This document shows positions 23,948 through 34,465 of a stretch of 64,000 nucleotides of DNA, piece by piece. The notes beneath the pieces are model-generated. The model had not been told where the DNA came from. It made no database searches and was given only the letters and a program-made list of their open reading frames with translations. The stretch comes from Macrostomum lignano. Lineage: Eukaryota. The position numbers and the translations under genes are program-made. Within the stretch, counting starts at the first letter, position 1, and the number at the start of each line of letters is the position of its first letter. Where the stretch lies: contig NIVC01002022.1 in NCBI GenBank assembly GCA_002269645.1, positions 62,001 to 126,000 of the forward strand, given 5' to 3'.

Positions 23948-26900
23948 CCTACCCCTAGATACCCAGATCTGAAGTGCAGCAGAACATGCTGACTACCCTG
24001 CCTACATCTCCAAACATGCTGAAAGACTAGAAGCCCACAAAACGGTAGAGAAAAAGTTGGAGAAAGCAGTTGAGAAGAGACAGACTGTTGCAGAAATTAA
24101 CAAACTTCCCCCAGAATCCCCATAGGTTGCCTTGCTCTAATTAACAACCCCTAGTTAAATAGCGAAAAATCTCATAAGTTCTATCAAAAGAAAAGATCTG
24201 CATTTAGAGTCTTAATGTAATTATCAGATGTAGTATTTAAGGTCCAGAAAGAAGGAGAATTAGTAGGAAAGGAAATGCTTGTGCACTGAGATAATCTTAC
24301 TCCAGTCCCAAATTCAGCTGCAGAACTAATCCCTAAGGAAGGCCAGAGAGACATGCCTGCTCCTGCTTCCGCCCTTGCTTCTAAGACTAACCCTACTTTT
24401 GCTCTTGCCCCTGCTTTCATTCCTGCCTCTACTAAGCCTAAGACAACCTCCAATTAAAGAAGGCCATTCCTGCCAGAAATCCCCAAAACCAATTTTGCCC
24501 ATCCCTGTTAAATCCAATGAATCATCCAATGAAGAAGAAATTAATTGGCGATGCCAACTAAGAGAAGAGGACAATGAATAAATAGGAGAAGAATGGAATA
24601 AAGCCAAGACAGAGGGAGAAAATGAAGGAATAGTTGATGAGTCAGAAAACAAAGCCCAGAACAAAGAGACTTCTCAATCCCTACCTCTCCTTTCCTGCCT
24701 TGTAAGATCTTGAGCCTGCACACTCTCACCCCTATAATTTAAGATACCAACCCCAAACTAAACATCAATGCAATTGCCATCTAGACAGACTACTGACAGC
24801 CCTCAATCTATTATGTAAACTGGAATTTTAGCCTTCTTACCTTTCCCTTGCCATCCCCTATTGCATAACAGACCCCAAAATTTGAACAAATATAGCCCTT
24901 GACAAAGCCATAGCAAATGTATAAAGAACCCCTCAAAGTATCGATTGTGAAAGAAATGGGAACACAAAAAAGGCAGAAAGTGGGATAAGTCACAAAAAGT
25001 AGGAAACCTCAAAGAATAGGAATATTGAGACAATAATAAGTAGACACTTCAACTGAGATTGCATAATCAAAAAATTTTTGCTTCCCATTGTTATTTGCTT
25101 ACTGCAAAAACAGTCCTAAATTATTTTGCATTATTCCTGATGTCTATTGAAGCTAACAATTTGAAGACTGCAAGATGAGTTGAGTCTAAGTGCCAGTGAA
25201 AGAGAAATAGATAGTGATATCAATAATAAGCTACCAGCCCCTGAATACCAGAAGACCTGGCTCAATCTGCCTAGAGTGAAATCTTGACCATCCTCTATAG
25301 TCATGCATCCCGAGTGCCCTCCTCCTTCTTTGGTGTCTTCCAATTGAATTCTGCTAATGAGGCAATAAGCCAATGCCCCGATCACTGTCTCCCCCGCCAT
25401 AGCACAATGTCAGCCTAAAGGTAGCAAACCTACTATTGCACTACCTACTGTTGAAATACCCAAACCAAACACTAAATGCCACCTTGGACAACACCAACTC
25501 ACAGCCTCGCCACCCCACAACCCAGATCACTAGCCAAGGTCTCTTATCAGATAGCCACTATCACTCCCCCTGGTCATGCCACTATCTAACTACAACATGA
25601 AACAGCAGCATCAAGCTATTATGAGACCATTGGCAAAGCAAGAATCCTTGACAAACAAAGTCCCACCTCTGATGCAAGGAGCATCTGAGTCAAACCTACT
25701 TTAGGACATTGGTGGCAAGTATAGCTAGCTCATCGCAGAGATAGCAGAACAAAGCTGCAGCAAGTATTACCACCTAATTACCAATATTCAGCTTTACCTA
25801 GTGCACGGCTGGGCTAATCAAGCCAATGTCTACACTGAGACTCAGTGGTTAGGCCTAGAGTGTGGCTGGCCTAATGCTGATTGGTTTCCAATAGAAATGA
25901 TCTAGTATCTGTAAAATTGACTCTAAGTTTAATTTTTAACAGTTGCTAACTTTACTACTATTATGCTGCATAATAGAAAATATTCACTTATGAAATTATA
26001 TTCATATCTTTTAATAAGAAAGGTCAGTTGTATACTTGTATCAGTGCTATTTTCTTTTCTCTTTTTGTAGTATATGAAATCTATCTTTTATTTTGTTCAC
26101 TAAATTCTTGCATGCCCTAAAACATATTTACAGCCTTATTTGCCTATTTGCCTAGTTGCCTCATTATTTAATTCCTCATTTTAACATATAGTTACTATCT
26201 TCATTATTATTTTAGATGTTCTTAAAATAAATCTGTTTTTGCTAAGTAAACCATTTTAGTACTATATGTTTGCTACTACTTTTTTTATTATAAAACTTTG
26301 TTTAAAATAGTCTACCATATTGACTAAAATTCATTTATATACAGGTAAAATATATGGTAGGAAAATCATTCCCTTGGCTCCTGCCTCTTGGTGCCTCCTA
26401 GCTAACTTATTTTCTGTTAGCCTGGCTTTGCCTGATGAACAGTTTGTTCTAAAAATAGAATTGATTCAGCTTTCAGCCTTCTTTCCTTTCCTGAAGCCCA
26501 CTATACAATAGAAGTGCCCGGCTGCTTCTTACCTTCCTGCAAGCACTCCGCTAGGAAAACTGTCCCACTTACCCTCACCCCTTAGGATATACAGTCGACC
26601 TATATGATTGCTTTTCCTTCCCTAGATGTATAGGTTTACCTGGTCTTTGCCTGTTCCTAGAAAATTGTCTCCAAGTCTTAAGCATTCTATTCTCCATTTA
26701 CTGATTTCCCTATTAGGTGTATCCCCTCTCCAATACCAATATTCCCTATTAGTTATTGAATTCCCCATTAGTGTGCCCATTTCTTAGGCAACTCTGGTCT
26801 GCCATATAGCCCTTCTTCTCTGCCTCTTCCCCTGGACTTAAGTTAAACTAGCAAACTGTGCCTTGCCACTTGGATGCACATGCCACTAGGAGTAACTTTA

Positions 26901-28143
26901 AAAGCATACTCCTTATAGTACTCTAATTTGAAAAAGTTTTTTAAGTTCCAAGAAATTCCCAAATATTCCTCCCAAATTCCTATAACAAATTGGTGTCAGC
27001 AAAAGAATAGAAATTATAATCCCCTGATCCCTATTACAACTTGGTGATTAATGGTAGGATCAACTATATATTAAACACCCTTACAACAAGAGCAAAGAGT
27101 GAAAAGGTTGGACTGCCCAGATAAAAAGGGAATTCCCTAGGAATAAATAGGCTGTTACAGTCAAAATATCAGATGTATTGTTAAAAGTTGGGAGAGACAA
27201 TATGAAAGCCAGAAACCCCATTGGTCATTAGTAATGCCATTTTGGACTGTGTTGTTAGCAATTATTAGTTAGTAGCATCTTGTTGCTTAGGCACTGAAGC
27301 TAGGCATACTAGGGTAATTTGTACTAACGATAGCCCATATATGTTTTAATAATGAATTATTAGTACCTAGATACTAGAGATATAGATAGTAGGACATACA
27401 TAATAGCTATATTGCGGAAGGTTTTCTATGTACACCGGACACACTTTTATTGAATTTCCAATTATACGCCAACAGATTTTAAATGTACGCCAACTTAAAA
27501 ACAGTAAAAAAATCAACAAATATTTAAATTTAAATTTAAACTATAAAAAATTTATAACAACATGACAATTGTCATGACAATTCTGTTAATTAAAATGATT
27601 GGTAAATGAGAAAATAGTAGCAGAAAAAAAGGTTTTTGAAATAACTTAACACAGAAAAAGCACGAAAAAATTCTTTATATTAATTTCTATGCCAGTTGCC
27701 ATACACCACACTCTATACCACACTATACATAGCCAAGAAATGTATGCTGGTATACGCCACGGAAATCAAGTGTATGTTGGAATTTTCTGGCATACACCCC
27801 ACCATCCGCAAAATGGCATAATAGTAAAGGAAGACCACTTAAATGTCTAAATATTGAAAGTTAGATAAGGAAGCAAAAGGTCTACTGCAAATTGATAACA
27901 TCGGTAGGCCTAAGATATTTTAAGGTAAGGCCATTAGACCTACTACAATATTTATATAAATATAATAATGCATAGACCATATAGTTGATTTCTAATATAA
28001 TATAAATGCATACAATATATGAGGATAAAAGCATCTAAGGCCAAGCGGGCAATTTCCTAGGCCTAGTTTTGTACATTTACGTGGCATAGTTGTGCTAAAG
28101 TGACGTGGCATATTATGTAGTCTATGGTTTATGTAGTTTATAG

Positions 28144-30122
28144 CAGTGTTGGGTACTTCCATTACCGATTAACTTGTAAATGGTAATGCAAGTTACTTTT
28201 TCGTAAAGCGTTCCTTACGAAAGTTACTTTCCTATTTTGGTAACAGAGTAACAGTAAGTTACTCAAATTTCGGAAGTCCGTTACAGTTACTTAGCAACAA
28301 TCGCAATATTTAAATTTAAAACTGATATGCTTAGCTATTACGCCAGTTGTCAAATTTTTAGCATTTTTCATTCCTAAATTCAAAACTAAGTGAATAATAT
28401 TATATGGTATTACGCTGTAATTAATAAAGAAATACTTGAAACATGTTTTTACTTTGTTATTTTCGGTAAAATATTTTTGCTATTTGTTTTTAAGTTAATA
28501 AAAATATTTTGTTTAGTTTTTAGAAACAAACAACCAAAGAAAGAAATTCATCTGTAGTCTCCACAAATCCATTCAGTGATCGACGTAGCGAAGAATTTTA
28601 ATTGGGGGGGGGCGGGTTGGCCTGGCTGGCCATGCCTCATGCCATTGCTACTTTTAGCACCGCAGGCACTCATTTTAGCGCCGCAGGCACTCATTTTAGT
28701 GCCGCAGGCACTCATTTAGCACCGCAGGCACTCATTTTAGTGCCGCAGGCACTCATTTTAGTGCCACAGGCACTCATTTTAGCACCGCAGGCACTCATTT
28801 AAGCGCCGCAGGCACTCAATCGCCTCATGGTTTTTGGTACCCGCCACGCCCAACCCTACCCCCCCCCCTTTGGTGGGGTGTCTTGCAGGTGGGGTGAAGT
28901 TGCTGCCCCAACGATTGTTAAGGCGGCCTCCCTGGCTATACCACTAAAGTCCACTGGCACTGCACTGCACTGCACAATAATTTAATATTAATGATAATAA
29001 TTGAAAATAAATAAAGACTAGTAAAGCAGACTATAGAGTGGAGTAAAGCCAATGTATTATCAAGGACAACTGAAGTTACGTTAAGTTGTCCTTGTGTATT
29101 ATAACTTATAATGTTATTAAAAATTAAATTGCGTTTTGCCTTTAACGTTTCTGACCTTCAGCTTCTCTTCTTTTTACGGAAAGGGCCTAAAGTGATAAAA
29201 ATTTAATATAGTTACTGAAATTAATGTTGTTGTATTCTTTCTTCTGGCTTTCGCAATCATTTGTATTGTGGTAGGGCTATTTCCTCTGTCTAGAAATCCC
29301 AGCCGCTGACACCAAGTTGTTCCAGGGGTAACTTCTGTCCCTACAAATGATTTCACCGCTGTTACCAAGTTGTGACAGGCCTTCAAAATCCCTGCTATCG
29401 AATTTATACTGCTGATACTAAATTCTGCCTTTAGTATTTCTAACTCTTTCTTAGAATCTCATGTACTTTCTGGGTAGCGTTTTTAGTAGCGTTTCTGGTA
29501 GCGTTCTTATGTATTATTCTGGTAGCGTCTTATGCATTAGTCTGGTAGCGTTCTTAGTATATGGCCTGAGCGGTCTTACTGGTATATGTACTTTCTCTCT
29601 CCAGTCTGGGCGTTACCGAGATTAGAGGGTCACAGCGATTACTCTTAGTACTCTCTCTGCATGAATTCCCAATTCTGACTTTCAATACCTTTTAAAATGA
29701 GCAAAGATCTGAGAATGTTTATCGAACACGTTTTGAGCTTATAGCTAACAAACGAGTTAATTTTCCTACCTCCAACTTTGCTCCTATTTATACCATCTCG
29801 ACTGTGTATATTTATAACAAACGTAGAATATTAAGAATATTTTGCAAATTAAAACAAAACATAGTTTTCGCGTGATTTTAGAAATAAGGTTTCCTAGAAG
29901 ATAGTAACCGCTTCTACAGTATTGTTCCAGCACATTTGCAATGTTAAAAAAGCAGAAAATTTTGTTTATAACATAGGTAACGGAAGTAAGTAATGGAAGT
30001 AACTTAAAAGTTACCGGGTTTTTGTTCAAAGTTACTAGGCTAACTTAAGTTACTTTTTAAAAAGTGGTAACTTAAGTTACAGTAACGCAAGTTACTTTTT
30101 TTGAGTAACTTGTCCAACACTG
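28144..30122. mobile_element. Non-autonomous hAT DNA transposon with 8-bp TSD
   Basis: Termini CAGTGTTGG...CCAACACTG, a perfect 8-bp TSD GTTTATAG at 28136..28143 and 30123..30130, and dense subterminal GTAAC/GTTAC motifs at both ends. No transposase ORF is visible. Confidence 0.9.
28655..28820. repeat. Minisatellite, 21-bp unit CGCAGGCACTCATTTTAGCGC, inside the hAT element
   Basis: About 8 tandem copies. Confidence 0.9.
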
Positions 30123-32527
30123 GTTTATAGTCTATGGAATAAAGGTCTGAGGGTAATAAGAGCAAAGGCAAGGGTGAAAGGAAGGAATTAGCTGCAAATA
30201 TTGAAGCTACGAATATTGAAACTCAAAACATAGCTGGTAGACCCTACTACAACACAAGGCCTACTATAGCATTTAATACCCTTTAATACCATTTAAGAAA
30301 CAAACTATTGACATTATAAACTTTTATTGATGTTTAACCATAAAAGTTCTTAACTTGTTCTGTTGCCCATTTGTTTTTATGCCATGTAAATGCACAATTT
30401 CAAACAGAAAATAATTAAACCTGCAAAACTAGGAAATTGCCGGCCAAGGGCAACTAGGAAAGTGTCTATAGGTGGTCTAGGTCTATCACATAGGTCCTTT
30501 CCCTTGCTTCGTTCAGTTGTAATTTATTTCAATACAAGTCTACATTTCCTAAGATAAGAAATATAGTCCAGAGTCCTAGTTAGGATAGGCTAGGTGCACA
30601 GTAAGAGAACAGACCTAGATAAAGGCCCTAATACCTGTTAGCTGTTTGTGTTCAGGCCGCAAATATCTATTAAAAGCTAAAAAGATTCTAGAAATTAGAA
30701 TGATAATTGCCTACATGTAGATTCGTAAGACTAAGACACAATTCGCTTTATTCTTGGAAACTGGTGGGTGCAGTTGTAGTGAGCTGTATTCCTTGTACAT
30801 GGCAGTAAGTAGTAGTAGTAATAGTAAGTAAGTTTGGCTCAGGCAAAAAGCCCGTTTGGCCAATATAAGTCGATGATTGTTTAAAAGGCTGGATACCTTT
30901 GTTGATGACACGATCGATCAAAACTTTACATGCAAATTTCAAATTTTCAGTAATAATATAAAAGTTAATAACAAAAGCCTAAAAAGAAAGTATACGTAAT
31001 TGTTTAACTATAAAATACTTTACAGCGTCTTTATACAAAAATAATTTTTGTTTGCGCTGCAAGCTTAAACAATCATTCAATATTTTGCTAAATGACAATG
31101 TAACTAAAATTCAAACAAACGGCATAACGGTTGCCGGTTGCAGTTCAACAAGATCAGTTCGAAGCTTTTCATATTGTCTGTTCCGTTTTCAGAATCGGTT
31201 TCAGAACCGTGTTCTGGTTCTGGAATTTGGATCGCGAACTTTTCTCGATCCATTGTCTTGTTTACACTTTAACAGTAAAATGTATTTGAAATCGTCTATT
31301 TCTATTATTGTTATTTTATTATTCTGTTTTTTTGCCATATCCAAGAGGGAAACAAAGTCAAGTAAAGACAAAATTAAATTGTAAAGACTGACAAACATAA
31401 AATGGGTTCGAAGATTTTCATTTTCCTACCGATTCTGGTTCTGGAATCAAAATTATTCTGGTTCTAGAACCAATCTTCGTGAGAAGTCTATAAATAAAAA
31501 TCTGTTTGGCAGTTTGGGGCGCTATTTATAAGAACTAGGCCTACTACTACTACTAAAGCCAAAATTTTACGAAAACGTCAAAAAGCTCATTTTTAATATT
31601 CAATTATGAAGTTTTGGGTTTATGAGGTTTAGGAAATTTAATCATTGATTGTGAAGCATAGTCTAGTGGGTATTTTGAGTTTTGTTTTTGCAAAATTTTA
31701 GTGTTAGACCTATGAAATAAATGGCTTGCTGATAAGTGATGACATGTGATGTGACATGTCGCAGTAATGGCTTTCTTTACTTAACATTTCTCAAAAGAGG
31801 TATAGAATACTTTTCTAAAGTTGATAGGTAATGTTAGGTTAATTTCATCTTGTTTGCATTATGTATACACTATAGAGTCCATAGGTTTTCCTGATTTTTG
31901 GTGCTATTAGGTGGCCTATGTGCTATGGCATTCTTTATATGCGCAACAGTCGGCCGATCTGGCCAACCAATTTGTCGCAAATTGGCGGCCAACCAAGGAA
32001 GTCACAAAAATGCCCACTTGAAAAAAACACCAAGTAGTAGTTACTAAGTAGCTGATGAGGCATTTTGGCTTTTTAAGACAGTCATAGTTACTCTTGCCAT
32101 TTACCTAAAGTTGCGTTAATTTTACTTTAGAGTTTTTTACATGTAAGTCTCATTTTTGGCTAAAAACTATATCACATTTTTGTTGAAACTAGGTCGCATG
32201 GCTGACTGAATTTTGGAAGCTGCACATGTATGAAGGCATTGATGTACATAACTTTGCCCAAATGGTTTTTATTGACATTAAACTGCCATTATAATTTATA
32301 TAACACGAATTCGTCTGCTAGCCAATAAGATTAGAGGAAGAAAAGGAGGGAAAGGGTGATGGAAACCTGCTTTAATCTTCTTTTAATGAATGATTTTCTC
32401 GCTGTATATAGTATAGGCTATATGTGTAGTGTAACAGTGTTATATAGTACATAAATATTCAGAATATGTAATACAATATGGTAACTGCACGACTCGTGAC
32501 TCGATCTCCTGATCTACAGTTAAAAAC

Positions 32528-32907
32528 GGGTCTCCCTAAAACACGCCCCACACCGCCCTGCAGCGCTACACATTAAAACAAATTGGACTATAACTGAAGA
32601 CAGCTCAAAATGCGTTTTCTGTTAAGCTTCAAAGTTTTTATTAAATTTAGTTTTTACTATGAAATATAAAATTCGGTGAATAATGAATGATATTAATAAT
32701 AATTATTAATAAAAACATAATTATTATAATTTAATAATGCAAACGAGAATATAAAAAATAATAATTATAATTATAATTATAATTAAAGATATTTATTTCA
32801 TTACTCTTACAACGAATAGTTTTCTTTGCAATCAAATACTGCATTGACAAAAAATGTTATAATGTGTAGCGGTTCAGGGTGGTGCGATGCGTTTTTTAGG
32901 GAGACCC
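32528..32907. mobile_element. MITE with about 50-bp TIRs and 9-bp TSD (Mutator-type)
   Basis: Termini GGGTCTCCCTAAAA...TTTTAGGGAGACCC with imperfect TIRs extending to the GCTACACATT motif. Perfect TSD GTTAAAAAC at 32519..32527 and 32908..32916. The interior is AT-rich. Confidence 0.85.
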
Positions 32908-33254
32908 GTTAAAAACGAGTACTTATTGTATTTCCTAAATTGCTAAAAATATGGTGTACCTAAAAATTAGGTACTGAGCTATTTCTGAAGTACATGATTA
33001 GTTCGCGTATTTTTTACATTAGACTTTTTTATTTCAACGCACTGAGAATATTACGTTTTAATTTGTTATACAGCTGGATGACTCTTAATTTTAACATATT
33101 TAACAAGAGCCTGGTAAAATGTGCGGATTTTGAACGCTTTGAGCTCTAATCCCCACTATTTTTGCCAAAAAACCTAATTTTGAAGTCATACTTGAACAAA
33201 AACTTTTTGATGGTTTGAATAGAGGTTTAAAAATGGAGTAATTCAAGTGAAAAT

Positions 33255-33490
33255 AAGAGTGTGAGAGGGTGAGTCAGAGAGTGGTGAGAGGGTGAGTGAG
33301 AGAGTGGCGAGAGGGTGAGAGGGTGAGTGGTGTGAGGGTGAGAGGGTGAGTAAGAGAGTGGCGAGAGGATGAGTGAGAGAGTGGCGAGAGGGTGAGAGGG
33401 TGAGTGGTGAGAGGGTGAGTAAGAGAGTGGCGAGAGGGTGAATGAGAGAGTGGCGAGAGGGTGAGTCAGAGAGTGGTGAGAGGGAGAGTT
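33255..33490. repeat. GA-rich minisatellite GAGAGGGTGAGTGAGAGAGTGGC
   Basis: Degenerate tandem units. Confidence 0.85.
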
Positions 33491-34465
33491 CATAAGATTA
33501 AGAATGTCTCCAAATTTGCAGGTTTAATTTATTGCCCAAGCTATCTATCGCAAGAAAAATCTGTTAGTGCGTAGCATGGGCTCCAAGATTATACATGTAG
33601 TAACATTAATAAAGTTGTCCAAGTGTGTAGCAATTAGCTGGCAATATAGAGAACAAATCATGTGTTGTGCATTGATAGCGGGGGGGGGGGTGCATTGTGT
33701 TGCTAAGCCGCTGCTATATGCATGGTTAGTCGAGACCAGTCGAGGAATTTACTAAGCCTTGAAGTTCTAGCAATGCTGTATGACGCAATTTGGTATGTGC
33801 AAAGATGCATGGGACTAAACTTGCAGAATAAGAACGAATCAATTATATAATAGAATAGAATAATAGAATAGAATTCTTATAGAATGAGTACCAACCACCA
33901 ATTCCAATCCATTTGTAAACAATCAATTGCTTCACTTATAAATTTCACTCACCAGTTTTAGCACGTCAGTAACACTAACACAAAACCTTATTGTTCTCCA
34001 CGTTGTGTTAGTTTGTTTTGTTTAACTGTTTCGTATTTAGCTTTTATATGAGCTATAGAAGAGAACAAAATGACATCACGAACTTATTATGCACCACACA
34101 TGTTATTTACGAGCATGCTGTAATTGCAATATATTTAACCTAAATCGTAATTACGTGAAAGACAAAGCCTTCCACTGCAATATGTATATCAAATGCCTTA
34201 ACCTACAGGCTAGGTGATAATAAATCATACACGATGCAAATACATACACATACAGTACGCACGCCTGCTTTCATTACTTTTATAATTAGTTCAAGATAAA
34301 AAATGGGAATCCCAAAAAAGTTATAATGGGATAGAAGCTGATAAAAGCTAAAGTGAATAAGTGAATCGATGAAATAGGTGAATGAATAAATGAATGAATG
34401 CGTGTAAGCTAGGGACTGGTTAGAGAACCGAGATGTTTGCAAAGTGTTCAGCAAATTCAGGAAAA

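Noticed and set aside
9385-26460. Hammerhead ribozyme cores (TGATGAG..GAAA at about 9385; CTGATGA at 11055, 18630 and 26432; CTGAAG near the Penelope relic)
   Set aside because: None has the complete CUGANGA-stem II-GAAA-stem III arrangement.
27412-27811. Element with TTGCGGA(A/T)GGT inverted ends and TACGCC motifs
   Set aside because: The TIR is short and no TSD was found. A decayed MULE-type MITE is possible but unsupported.
30748-30942. Second GIY-YIG fragment (STYIGQT)
   Set aside because: A single short motif with no supporting downstream residues.
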